54,701 nucleotides of DNA from Schmidtea nova. Its lineage: Eukaryota. A program made the position numbers and the translations under genes. The stretch spans positions 1-54,701 of the forward strand of contig JBJFYY010000101.1 of assembly GCA_044892505.1 (NCBI GenBank). Direction: 5' to 3'. Every line of letters begins with the position of its first letter. The first letter of the stretch is position 1. The notes beneath the pieces are model-generated. The model worked only from the letters and a program-made list of their open reading frames with translations. It was not told where the DNA came from and made no database searches. This document shows, piece by piece, positions 19,198-32,423 of the stretch.

Positions 19198-20556
19198 TTA
19201 AATAATTAGCGAATTCACTAATAAGATTGATAGAAAACAAACTACCCTAATAAAAAAGAATCCCAAATAAATACCAAAATCAGATATGTAACTGAAAGAG
19301 ACTAAGTTGGAACTGTAACCAGAAGAAACTAGAAGATAAAACAAGACACAATAAAAACCACAAAATAAAACATTGATAAACATAAAAATAAAAGAGAAAT
19401 AAGCAATATTATGACACAAATAAATAAAAATAACTTCAGAAAAAAAACCCAAACTAAAAGGAAATGAACAATTTAAAACAAGAAACAAAGTTACAAAAAA
19501 AACAAACAGAGAGTAAACATACAAATAACCTCGATTTAAATAAAAACTACGAGAATGCGTTAAAGAAAACATATATCCAGAACTAACAAACAAACCAAAA
19601 GAAACAAGACCATGAGAAAAAGACAAAATTAAAGCAGCTAACAAAGAAAATGAACTACCAGACCAAAAAGTAAGAGAAACCAAAGACATGTGTACTATTG
19701 AAGAATAAGCTATAAAAGACTTTCTATCAAACTGACGAGTAGTACTATATTTAGACATAAACACACTAAAACATAAATAAACAAACAGAAAAGAAAATAT
19801 AAAATGAAGATAATACAAACCAAACAAAGAATTAAAGTAGCGAATAACACCATAAACGCCTAGCTTAACCATCAGAGAAGCTAACAAAACAGAACCAACT
19901 ACCGGAGCTTCGACATGTGCCTTTGGTAACCAGGAGTGTAACCCTCAAACAGGAAACTTAAAAAAGAAACCTAAAACAATAATTAAAAAATAAAACCTAA
20001 ATAACCAACCTAACCCTAAACTAACATAATCAGAAGACAAAGTCAACAAAAATAGTAATGAGCCAAAAAAAACAGAAGAATCAACAATAACATACAACAA
20101 AGAAACAACAAAAAAAACAGGAAGAGAACCACAAAAAGAATATATTAAAAAATAACTGACCGCCTCTATACGCTCTGGTTTATAACCCCAAACAACAATA
20201 ATCAAATAAATTAAGAAAAATGAAAACTCAAAAAATACAAATACATATAACATGTTTTTGGACGAATAAAACAAAAATATACTCAGAGATACCGAAGATA
20301 ACAAAAAACAAAGAGAATGAGAAAAAAAACCATAATCAACAACAGATATAAACATAAAGACCAATAAAACCAAAAGCAAGAAAACAAAATTGAAAGAACT
20401 AACACTGAAATACAAAGAACTAAAAGAAAACAACCTAAAAAAAGAATAATTATAATATATAAAAAAATACACACACAAAAGTAAATAAAAAAAAACCAAA
20501 GAGACATAGTTTAAACAAAAGTACCTAATAGGCAATAAAAGTTTTAGAACAAACAT
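19198..20556 (-). CDS. nad4: NADH dehydrogenase subunit 4
   Basis: WGYKPERIEA, KLGVYG, KSFIAYSSIVHM and HGLVS motifs. Confidence 0.96.
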
Positions 20557-20818
20557 TAATACGCGACTCGCTATGTAAAAATTTGACTAAAACAGAAAAA
20601 CTAACTGCAGATTCAGAAACAAACAAAGCTAAAATAAACAACAACACTATAAAACCATAAAAATACAATGAAAGACCTAAAGAAACATAAACAAGAAGCA
20701 TACAGATCTCTAAAAATAAAAAAAACTTCAAAATACGAAAACTCAAACAATACAAAAAAAAGATATTCAAAAACAAAAAGAAGCCTACCAACGAATCAAC
20801 GAAACTAACTCTAATCAA
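20525..20818 (-). CDS. nad4L: NADH dehydrogenase subunit 4L (start uncertain: TTG 20818 or 20791)
   Basis: LFLEICML and FVSESAVS motifs; overlaps nad4 by 32 bp. Confidence 0.88.
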   Translation of the reverse strand: MIRVSFVDSLVGFFLFLNIFFLYCLSFRILKFFLFLEICMLLVYVSLGLSLYFYGFIVLLFILALFVSESAVSFSVLVKFLHSESRINVCSKTFIAY

Positions 20819-21876
20819 GGAAAATCAAAAAACAAAATGAAATACAAAAAATAAAAAAAAGAACTAACCACACTGACTGCCACATAAGGAGAGTCAACAG
20901 ACAACCCACCTAAAACTGTTAACAGTAAAAATTTTAAAAAAAAAAAAAAAAAAAAAATTAAATTAAAATAATCCATAACTACCATTTCCAAAGGGTAATT
21001 AAAAAATGGAATAACAAAATAAATAAATATAAAAAGAAACAGAAATATCACACCACCTAGCTTATTCGGAACAGAACGAAGAACAGCATAAGCAGCTAAA
21101 AAATATCACTCAGGCTTTATGTGGGCAGGGGTAGACAAAAATTTAGCTTCCTCAAAATTAGAACTATCAAACTGAAAAAAAGGAACAAACAAAACTAAAT
21201 ACAAAAACAAAACAAATAGAATAATAAAACCCAAAAAATCATTTATAACAAAATAAGGACTAAACATTAACGAACGTCCCTTAGAACTAATCCCTAAAGG
21301 GTTACCTCTCCCATCTACATGTAAAAAAAACAAGTGAAAAAAAATAAATAAAACTAAAACAAAAGGCAACAAGTAATGTAGAACAAAAAAACGAGATAGA
21401 GTAGGAGAAGATATTGAAAAACCACCTCACAACCAACTAACCAAAACAGAACCAAAATAAGGGACAGCAGATAGTAAGCTAGTGATAACCGTGGCACCTC
21501 ATAAAGACATTTTTCCTCAAGGAAGTACATAACCCAAAAAAGCAATGGCCATGCACAGCACAAAGATAAAACAACCAACCAATCAAGTACTGGCTCTTAA
21601 AAAACTGTATTTATATAAACCACGAAATAAGTGTAAATAAATAAAAAAAAAAAAAAAAGAAGCACCTATTCTATGTACACTACGAAATAAAAAACCAAAA
21701 AAAACCTCACGATAAAACAAGTCCAATGATTCAAAAGAACCTGAAACAGAAGGAAGATAAACAGAAGACAAAAAAAAACCAGAAACAAACTGAACAGCAA
21801 ACCAAACTAACAACAAAGAGCCAAAACATCAAAAATAATCTATTTTCTTAGGAGTGGGTAAGTATACTGTGGACAT
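20785..21876 (-). CDS. cob: Cytochrome b
   Basis: LPTP, YFWCFGSLL, LPWGKMSLWGATVIT and HIKPEWYFL motifs; single frame ATG to TAG under code 9. Confidence 0.97.
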
Positions 21877-21937
21877 CACTATCCGACGTTGGTTCAAAAA
21901 TACTATAGAAGGCACACGACTACAGAAAAACAAGGCA

Positions 21938-21996
21938 ATGAAACTGGATAAACCATTGATAAGTTAAAAACTTATTGTTATTTAAACTAAATTTAA
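21938..21996 (-). tRNA. Supernumerary trnN-derived tRNA-like gene with UUU anticodon
   Basis: ATAAG-TT-TTT-AA-CTTAT arm, GG-TTTAT-CC T-arm and ..AAATT/AGTTTCA acceptor copied from trnN. Confidence 0.55.
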
Positions 21997-21999
21997 CAA

Positions 22000-22146
22000 G
22001 ATTCAAAAGAATCTTAGACATAAGGAAGATAAACAGAAGACAAAAAAACCAGAAAAAAACTGAATAGCAAACCAAACTAACAACAAAGAGCCAAAGCATC
22101 AAAAATAATATATTTTCTTAGGAATGGGTATGTATACTGTGGACAT
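22000..22146 (-). pseudogene. Duplicated, frameshifted 5' fragment of cob
   Basis: ATG TCC ACA GTA TAC ATA CCC ATT...; 6 substitutions in the first 98 nt (5 non-synonymous), then a 2-nt deletion. Confidence 0.9.
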
Positions 22147-22205
22147 CTCTATCCACGTTGGTTCAAAAACACAGTAGAAGATACACGACTACAGAAAATA
22201 CGGCA

Positions 22206-22267
22206 ATGAAACTGGATAAACCACCAATAAGTTAACAGCTTATTATTCTTATTTAAACTAAATTTCA
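22206..22267 (-). tRNA. trnN: tRNA-Asn(GUU)
   Basis: TGAAATT/AGTTTCA acceptor; ATAAG-CT-GTT-AA-CTTAT. Confidence 0.92.
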
Positions 22268-22268
22268 C

Positions 22269-22328
22269 AGTAAGCTCTAAAAGATTGTGAAGGTTGCAAC
22301 TTCGTGTATTAAATTATACTAAACTTAC
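22269..22328 (-). tRNA. trnC: tRNA-Cys(GCA)
   Basis: GTAAGTT/AGCTTAC acceptor; GAAG-TT-GCA-AC-CTTC. Confidence 0.92.
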
Positions 22329-22329
22329 A

Positions 22330-22390
22330 AAGAAGTGGTAAATAAAACATAATCAGGCTTACAAGACCTTATACTCAAAATGACAAATCT
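22330..22390 (-). tRNA. trnT: tRNA-Thr(UGU)
   Basis: AGGT-CT-TGT-AA-GCCT; weak acceptor stem. Confidence 0.65.
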
Positions 22391-22391
22391 A

Positions 22392-22453
22392 CACTAAAGG
22401 GTAAAACCTTCAAAGGAGCTTAAATCCAACACATAAACATCTGCCACTATAGC
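22392..22453 (-). tRNA. trnL2: tRNA-Leu(UAA)
   Basis: TGGCAGA D-arm; GGA-TT-TAA-GC-TCC. Confidence 0.85.
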
Positions 22454-23358
22454 AATACAAATTAGCTTCCTTTCGTACAACAAACCTATATTCAAGATAA
22501 AAACCAACCTGATTTACATCGGTCTAAACTCAAATCACGAATAATATTACTAGTCGAACAGACTAAAAACAAAAGCAGCTTCACCAATATTTAATTACAA
22601 TTCAACATCGAGGTAGAAAACAAAATCTTCAATATGTCCTCCAAAATTCTATCTCCCTGTTATCCCTAAGGAAGTTCTGTTTAACAAATAAATTTTTAAA
22701 ACAAATACAGATACCCCAACAAATAACTTCACAAATTGCACTAAGTTTTAAACTCACTAGGGTCTTTTCGTCATTAACAATAAAAACCGAATCTTTACAG
22801 AAAAAATAAATTATAAAAACAAATCTATTAATAACTTATCGCCTATCATTAACCCATTCAAACAATTCTGAAATTATCAGACAAACAATTATGCTACCTT
22901 CGTACAGTTAAAATACTGCAGCTATTTAAATACAACATTGAGCAGAAAAATACATTTTAATAAAAAAGAAATGTTTTTAAAAAACAGTTGTAAACGCACA
23001 GAGTTATATAAAAAATAATAGAAAATAATTGTGTAATTACTAGACTGAAAGTCGCCTATTGATCAACAACCAGCTTAGACTTATTTTAAACAATCAAAAG
23101 TAATAATATTAAAAATAAAACAATAAAAAAGAACAATAAACCCAATAAACTAAAAGCTTATCCCACTCTTAAAAAAAACTAGAAATAAAAATACGAAAAC
23201 ATCTCACTACTACAATTCTAATGTAAGTTAACTATTAATCAACAACAAATAAACAAAACACATAGAAAGTATATCAAATCTTATACGAGATTAAATAAAC
23301 CATAAAATACCTACAAACCGTGATACAAAAAGGTCAAACCTTCTCTAATATTTGTAAC
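22454..23358 (-). rRNA. rrnL: 16S-like large subunit rRNA
   Basis: Minus strand carries CGTGATTTGAGTTTAGACCGATGTAAATCAGG, ACCTCGATGTTG, TAGGGATAACAG and AAGACCCTAGTGAG LSU motifs. Confidence 0.95.
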
Positions 23359-23766
23359 ATGAAGAAATTAAGTTGTAATCTTAATAAAAATTAGTTAGTA
23401 GCAAATCGTCCATATACTTGTTCTTCACAATGACTTGTAGTTAGTAACTATCGCGATAATAAAATAAGGCTATCCATAAAAATAGGACAAGTCTGGATGA
23501 AGAAGTTAAGTTGTAATCTTAACTGAAATAGCTTATAGCGAATCATCCAGTACGTGTTCTTCATCAAATGTCATAAAAGATCTATTATTTGGAAAATAAT
23601 CATAATATATTATACTAACATAAGAATAAATTCTGAAGAGCAAAAACCCACCTATACATTTACAATGTAATCTTCTAGAAATTAAAATACTCAGAAAACC
23701 ATAAAAGAAACCCATAAGATTTATAATCAAGACCTAAACTTGAAGCATTACCTCTGCCACATTTAC
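23359..23766 (-). tRNA. Copy 2 cluster: trnS1, element X, trnS1-like, trnG, trnY, trnL1
   Basis: Same sequence as 178-587. Confidence 0.85.
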
Positions 23767-24490
23767 AAGCACAATTTCTATTATGCTTACCATGTTACGA
23801 CTTAACTCTTCATATAAAAATCAGAGATTGACGGGCGGTATGTACTAAGTTCAAGAAAAAATTCACAACAACCAAATTATTTAACTATTACTATTTAGTC
23901 CTACCTAACACCCATCTTTTCACCAAGTATCTTACAATGTAGCAAAGAAATAATCCTAAGAAATGCAGCACAATGATTTGCAGTAAAGAAAACCTAGAAA
24001 CTAAGCTATCCATCAGTTGTACAACCGTACACTAGCAACCAACATTTGATTCTAGGCAAAATAATAAGTGAATACTCTCTTCTAATCCCATGCTCCCCAA
24101 ACAATTTAAACAACTGCCAAGTCATTTCATTTCGATGTGGTAATAAAATAACAAATCCTTATAAATAAGTAACAAATCATGTCTAAAAAGGAATTTAGAA
24201 TAAGATGAGCAACAAACCTTACCATAAATTAAACACAAAATAGTATGTTAAAACTCAAACTATTTACACCAACATTTAAACCAAATAGAATTACAAAGTG
24301 TAACCGCAGAAGCTGGCACTCAATTTATCTCCTATATTACAAATGTTAACTTAAACAATAGCTAAAGATTAAATTTTTAAAAACACACGTCTAACAAAAA
24401 CCACGAACTAAAACGAAAGTGATAGCAAACAACAAATTACTTATAACGTTTATAACTTGTAAGTTTAAAAAGCCAAGACAAAACTCTAAG
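23767..24490 (-). rRNA. rrnS: rrnS, copy 2
   Basis: Same as 588-1311. Confidence 0.95.
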
Positions 24491-24683
24491 TGTTTCAAGA
24501 AAAAACCTTCAACTGAGATCCTTCAAAACCCTGCTTTAAATTAAGCTATCGAAACAAGAAAAAGTGCAAAACAACCGATAACTCCACAAATTACCATTCT
24601 AAAATAAACTACTTTAACAATGTGAAAGGGAATTACTCGATTACAGAATATGAATCTATCAGTTTAAATTAACTTACCAACAC
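24491..24683 (-). tRNA. Copy 2 cluster: trnF, trnH, trnM
   Basis: Same as 1312-1504. Confidence 0.88.
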
Positions 24684-27600
24684 CAAACAAACAAAAAAAA
24701 TCGCCTGAAAGCTAGATCTCCGCTAAATCGCCGCCGCCGCAAAAGAAAAATAAACAAACAAAAGAAAAATAAACAAAACAAAAACAAAGAAAACAAACAA
24801 AGTTTAAATCAGTTCTAGTTTCTTAGTGTTTACAGAATTTTGTTGTTAAGGGAGTTGTTTTGTTACAAAGTTATTTTGTTTATCATTAAGTGCGCCACTA
24901 TTAGCTTCGCTAATGTTATTAAATCGCTATGCAACATAGTTATTTTACTTATTATTAAGTGTGCTACTATTAGCTTCGCTAATACAATAAGTCGCTGTAT
25001 GACATAATTATTTTACATATTACTAATATACAATAAGTATATTCATAGAAACATGCTTACAAGTATCTTTCTATTCATATACTTATTGACTTAATTCTCT
25101 ATGCTAGCTATATTCTACTTATTATATTACTTATCTATAAGCGCGCTATAGTTAGCTTCGCTAACATTATACTTATCATTTAACTTATTTATTTTATAAA
25201 TACAATGTATTTATACAATAAATATACTCATAAAAACATGTTTACAAACATCTTTCTATTCGTATATTTATTGACTTAGTTTTTTTATTCGTGCTTATTA
25301 CTTAATGTTTACCATAATTTTCTTCTCTATACCTATATATATTAATATACAATATTCAATAAGTGCTTCAGATAAGTCTTTGTCTTTATTTTCGATTCTC
25401 TACAATAAAAACAAAACCTTATTCTTGCACATAATGAATAGTTGTACATTAATATATATCAATAAGCCCACATCCGTGAGGCTGAAGCGATCTAAAGTGC
25501 AGGTTACCCTATTAACATTATAAGCGTTAATTTTAACATATAATAAAAATATAATAATAAAAAAGACGATTCCCATTCAAATTCACAAAATCAATTTGTG
25601 ATTTTCATCCTTTCGTATCGTCTCTTTCATTATTAATTTTTATTATAGTAAAAATAAGCCACTTATAAAGTAAATAAGATAACCATGACAATCTGTGAGC
25701 CGTGACTTCGTTAAGTACCTCGTTGTAAGCATAGTCTGAGCATATCGTGCTTAATCATTCCAGATTAAAATTTTGAAGTAAATTTTATATAAATGGTTAA
25801 AGAATAGGGTACCCAACAGCCTGCGGTATTTGTGACCTGGTCTGTTTCCTTCGTACCCTCTCCTCTAAGCCATTTCCACAAAATTTCATCAATAATTTTA
25901 AACTTGCAGATAAGCCACGATAACACTCAGATTAACAAAATAAGTATATAAATAATATATAATAATTACTCAGATAAGTTTATTTATTTATTTACGGTTT
26001 TTGCTACCTGCAATAAATAAACAATCTTATTTTCGTAATTAATATATATTCTTTATACACACAAAGCCAAGTACACAAATAAACACACAATAAGTATTCA
26101 GATAAGTTTATTTATTTATTTACGGTTTTTTGCTACCTGCAATAAATAAACAACCTTATTTTCATACTTAATGTCTGTTTCTTTATGTACACTTAACTAA
26201 GTATATAAATAAACACACAATAAGTATTCAGATAAGTTTATTTATTTATTTACGGTTTTTTGCTACCTGCAATAAATAAACAACCTTATTTTCATACTTA
26301 ATGTATGTTTCTTTATATACACAAAGCTGAGCACATAGATTAATATATGATAATTACTCAGATAAGCTTATTTATTTATTTACGGTTTTGACACCTGCAA
26401 TAAATAAACAATCTCATTCTCGTACTTAACATATATTAATCCTCGTGCTTTACAAATTTCTTTCTCTATACCTATATATATTAATATACAATATTCAATA
26501 AGTGCTTCAGATAAGTCTTTGTCTTTATTTTCGATTCTCTACAATAAAAACAAAACCTTATTCTTGCACATAATGAATAGTTGTACATTAATATATATCA
26601 ATAAGCCCACATCCGTGAGGCTGAAGAGATCTAAAGTGCAGGTTACCCTATTAACATTATAAGCGTTAATTTTAACATATAATAAAAATATAATAATAAA
26701 AAAGACGATTCCCATTCAAATTCACAAAATCAATTTGTGATTTTCATCCTTTCGTATCGTCTCTTTCATTATTAATTTTTATTATAGTAAAAATAAGCCA
26801 CTTATAAAGTAAATAAGATAACCATGACAATCTGTGAGCCGTGACTTCGTTAAGTACCTCGTTGTAAGCATAGTCTGAGCATATCGTGCTTAATCATTCC
26901 AGATTAAAATTTTGAAGTAAATTTTATATAAATGGTTAAAGAATAGGGTACCCAACAGCCTGCGGTATTTGTGACCTGGTCTGTTTCCTTCGTACCCTCT
27001 CCTTTAAGCCATTTCCACAAAATTTCATCAATAATTTTAAACTTGCAGATAAGCCACGATAACACTCAGCAAAACGTATAAGCCTTTACATAGATAAACA
27101 TAGATAATTTCTACAATTATATGTGTTTATAAGTGTGTATTATAAACCCTGTATTTAATATTCTTTAACAATTATGTTTCTTATCAGTGTTCTTAATTTT
27201 TGTCACGAACTCAAGCGAAGCACGTAAAGAAGCTTTAAAAGACTCTGCGCTTACCAGCCTGCTGCCGCTTGGTACTGTGTTCTTAACGCTACGCAGTCGC
27301 TTGAGGCTTGTGCTTTCGCTAAACCCAGACACGTCTCATCTCGCTTCTTTGCTTTTCGTTCTACACAAAAAAGAAGAAGCACAGAAAAGTAACCCAATTG
27401 CTAAACAATATTAAAGACATTGTTTATAACACACCCTGATAAACACAGATAATTCTAAAAATTATCTATGTTTACCTATATAAAGGACCACAACTTTGTA
27501 AATATATACGTATATTATATAGCTAAGTAACTATATACTAAAGTATATCGCTACTTAACTATATAATATACATATATATTTAACCTATAAGTCTTAAATA

Positions 27601-30600
27601 TCTCCATATCATATATATATAGATAAGTAACTATATACTTACAGTATATAGATACTTAACTATATATATATAATATGACATAATGTAAGTAAAATAAGTA
27701 AAAAAAACTAAGCAATAAACGAGTAGAATAATGAGTTCACAAACTCATTTTTTTTTTTTTTTTTTTAATAGCAAAGGAATAAGAAATTATTCAAAAAAAA
27801 AATAATTTCTTAACTCATACTTCTCCTCATTTATTACATGTTTTGTTTACTTATGTTACATACATTATGTCATATCATATATATATAGATAAGTATCTAT
27901 ATACTGTAAGTATATAGTTACTTATCTATATATATATGATATGTCTCTATTTAAGACCCAATGTTTTACCATAATTTACATATTATATATATATAGATAA
28001 GTAACTATATACTTACAGTATATAGATACTTAACTATATATATATAATATGACATAATGTAAGTAAAATAAGTAAAAAAACTAAGTAATAAACGAGTAGA
28101 ATAATGAGTTCACAAACTCATTTTTTTTTTTTTTTTTTTACTTCCATCTCCTATTAAGACTTAGTTTAAAAAAAAAATAAGTTCTTAACTCATACATCTC
28201 CTCATTTATTACATATTTTGTTTACTTATTGTACATACATTATGTCATATTATATATATATAGATAAGTATCTATATACTTTAAGTATATAGTACTTATC
28301 TATATATATNNNNNNNNNNNNNNNNNNNNNNNNNNNNNNNNNNNNNNNNNNNNNNNNNNNNNNNNNNNNNNNNNNNNNNNNNNNNNNNNNNNNNNNNNNN
28401 NNNNNNNNNNNNNNNNNNNNNNNNNNNNNNNNNNNNNNNNNNNNNNNNNNNNNNNNNNNNNNNNNNNNNNNNNNNNNNNNNNNNNNNNNNNNNNNNNNNN
28501 NNNNNNNNNNNNNNNNNNNNNNNNNNNNNNNNNNNNNNNNNNNNGCTTACCTTTAAGGGGGTTTTTTTCCGTACATACGAATAAGTACGAGAGACAACTT
28601 TCACCTTGCCTCGTAAAGAAAAAGTTAGACAATGATCCTTTCACCATCTGCAACTCAAATAGAACATACTAATAACACTCATTAAATAACAAATTGTTAA
28701 ATAATTAAATGCAATAGCAGTCCTAAAACCTGGATCTTATCCGCGTAATTATTTTACCAACCAGTTCTGGTCTCGACATATCCTACGTCCGTCCGTAAAG
28801 TGTAGGAACTTCTGAACACCTTGCCCCCAAGTTAGGTGGGCTCTAGCAGCTGCATACCGAAATGCTACCTTGTGCATCGACTACCTTAATCGCGTCTTCT
28901 ATGTTAGGTTTAAAGTTCAAGCTTCTGTTTGCCAATGGGCGAAGATATACAATATTTCATGAAATCGCCTCAGCGTGCAACGAGGTGTGTATAACAATAG
29001 GCTCATTACGATACCTACAAAACTTTTTAAAGTCTTCACTCTCTAATACTATATGATATATGCTTAATACAATATATTACTNNNNNNNNNNNNNNNNNNN
29101 NNNNNNNNNNNNNNNNNNNNNNNNNNNNNNNNNNNNNNNNNNNNNNNNNNNNNNNNNNNNNNNNNNNNNNNNNNNNNNNNNNNNNNNNNNNNNNNNNNNN
29201 NNNNNNNNNNNNNNNNNNNNNNNNNNNNNNNNNNNNNNNNNNNNNNNNNNNNNNNNNNNNNNNNNNNNNNNNNNNNNNNNNNNNNNNNNNNNNNNNNNNN
29301 NNNNNNNNNNNNNNNNNNNNNNNNNNNNNNNNNNNNNNNNNNNNNNNNNNNNNNNNNNNNNNNNNNNNNNNNNNNNNNNNNNNNNNNNNNNNNNNNNNNN
29401 NNNNNNNNNNNNNNNNNNNNNNNNNNNNNNNNNNNNNNNNNNNNNNNNNNATACACCCCCTTCCCCCCTCTATAAAACCAACCAAACAAAACCATCCCTA
29501 TCAAAATACCAAAGTTTCATCCAGGCTTATAAAAGAGAAGACACGAAAGTAACAATCAAGGTGCTGATTACCACAGATTGTTATGTGTCTTATCATTTAT
29601 GAGCTTATAAAAACTAAACCTTAATCAACAAAACAAAATCCCCCACTAAAACCAATATAACACAAGTTCAAACTACCATATAATTTTCATGTGCCAGCAA
29701 AAAAAAAAAAAAATAACTACTGGAAGGCCTAACAGCCTCTCAGTAGTGAGAAAACACTTTCAAACAATTAAGGGCCTTTTTGTGAACAAGGTTATAGAGA
29801 GTTTGTAAAACCCATCAAAAACCAAATTTATGCTACACAAAATGCCTTTAAACCAATGTCAGTTTCAATCACAGGCCATTTTGTGGATAAATTTGTCACT
29901 AACTCTAAAACAAACACAATTTACAAACCATTTACCACCAAGCTATCAAAATTCAACTAATCAAAAACTATGTTATAAAATAATTGTTTAAAATCAGATT
30001 TAAAAACAAATTTAAAACACAAAAAACATTTTCAAAAAATTAATAAAAATTACCGTACTTTAGTTCACCATTTTACGGTCAAAATAGCGTTTGCAATACC
30101 ACTATATTGCAAGTCATTTTTGTAGAGAAATTTGCCACTAAATTTAAGTTTTAAAAAACTAAAATAAATGACAAAATTCTCAACATAAAATAACTAACAT
30201 AATAAACATAATTTTAAACTATACAATAAACATAGTTTTAAAAACAAACACACATTTAAAAAGCCATTTAGGACCCAGCTAACAAAATTCAACTAATCAA
30301 AAACTATGTTATAAAATAATTGTTTAAAATCAGATTTAAAAACAAATTTAAAACACAAAAAACATTTTCAAAAAATTAATAAAAATTACCGTACTTTAGT
30401 TCACCATTTTACGGTCAAAATAGCGTTTGCAATACCACTATATTGCAAGTCATTTTTGTAGAGAAATTTGCCACTAAATTTAAGTTTTAAAAAACTAAAA
30501 TAAATGACAAAATTCTCAACATAAAATAACTAACATAATAAACATAATTTTAAACTATACAATAAACATAGTTTTAAAAACAAACACACATTTAAAAAGC

Positions 30601-32423
30601 CATTTAGGACCCAGCTAACAAAATTCAACTAATCAAAAACTATGTTATAAAATAATTGTTTAAAATCAGATTTAAAAACAAATTTAAAACACAAAAAACA
30701 TTTTCAAAAAATTAATAAAAATTACCGTACTTTAGTTCACCATTTTACGGTCAAAATAGCGTTTGCAATACCACTATATTGCAAGTCATTTTTGTAGAGA
30801 AATTTGCCACTAAATTTAAGTTTTAAAAAACTAAAATAAATGACAAAATTCTCAACATAAAATAACTAACATAATAAACATAATTTTAAACAAACAAAAA
30901 GACTAAAACAATTACGTTAGGGACATACTAGTCAAAAACAATTTAACTTGTAGTTAAAACTATAGCGATACCAAAACAAAGCTACCCATAAACAGGACAA
31001 ATTATAAAAGAGCAACAAGAAACAACACCATCCTTATAAAAACTAAGTAACAAAAATAAACAAAACTACATTATAAAATAATTGTGTTAAAAATATGATT
31101 TAAAAACAAATTTAAAACACAAAAAACATTTTCAAAAAATTAATAAAAATTACCGTACTTTAGTTCACCATTTTACGGTCAAAATAGCGTTTGCAATACC
31201 ACTATATTGCAAGTCATTTTTGTAGAGAAATTTGCCACTAAATTTAAGTTTTAAAAAACTAAAATAAATGACAAAATTCTCAACATAAAATAACTAACAT
31301 AATAAACATAATTTTAAACAAACAAAAAGACTAAAACAATTACGTTAGGGACATACTAGTCAAAAACAATTTAACTTGTAGTTAAAACTATAGCGATACC
31401 AAAACAAAGCTACCCATAAACAGGACAAATTATAAAAGAGCAACAAGAAACAACACCATCCTTATAAAAACTAAGTAACAAAAATAAACAAAACTACATT
31501 ATAAAATAATTGTGTTAAAAATATGATTTAAAAACAAATTTAAAACACAAAAAACATTTTCAAAAAATTAATAAAAATTACCGTACTTTAGTTCACCATT
31601 TTACGGTCAAAATAGCGTTTGCAATACCACTATATTGCAAGTCATTTTTGTAGAGAAATTTGCCACTAAATTTAAGTTTTAAAAAACTAAAATAAATGAC
31701 AAAATTCTCAACATAAAATAACTAACACACCCCCAACCCCAAACACAAGTTCAAAATACCACATAATTTTATGTGTGCCAGCAAAAAAAAAAAAAATAAC
31801 TACTGGAAGGCCTAACAGCCTCTCAGTAGTGAGAAAACACTTTCAAACAATTAAGGGCCTTTTTATGAACAAGGTTATAGAGAGTTTGTAAAACCCATCA
31901 AAAACCAAATTTATGCTACACAAAATGCCTTTAAACCAATGTCAGTTTCAATCACAGGCCATTTTGTGGATAAATTTGTCACTAACTCTAAAACAAACAC
32001 AATTTACAAACCATTTAACACCAAGCTATCAAAATTCAACTAATCAAAAACTATGTTATAAAATAATTGTTTAAAATCAGATTTAAAAACAAATTTAAAA
32101 CACAAAAAACATTTTCAAAAAATTAATAAAAATTACCGTACTTTAGTTCACCATTTTACGGTCAAAATAGCGTTTGCAATACCACTATATTGCAAGTCAT
32201 TTTTGTAGAGAAATTTGCCACTAAATTTAAGTTTTAAAAAACTAAAATAAATGACAAAATTCTCAACATAAAATAACTAACATAATAATTTTTAAACAAA
32301 CAAAAAGACTAAAACAATTACGTTAGGGACATACTAGTCAAAAACAATTCAACTTGTAGTTAAAACTATAGCGATACCAAAACAAAGCTACCCATAAACA
32401 GGACAAATTCGGCTAAACCTCGA
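24684..32423. promoter_or_regulatory. Long non-coding region, copy 2
   Basis: Same architecture as 1505-9261. Confidence 0.85.

Noticed and set aside
21877-21963. Open frame extending cob by ~29 codons
   Set aside because: It runs into the trnN paralog, and an ATG sits at the expected position relative to the LPTP motif
23533-23730. 65-aa minus-strand ORF
   Set aside because: Overlaps trnL1/trnY/trnG, and the frame is not preserved in copy 1
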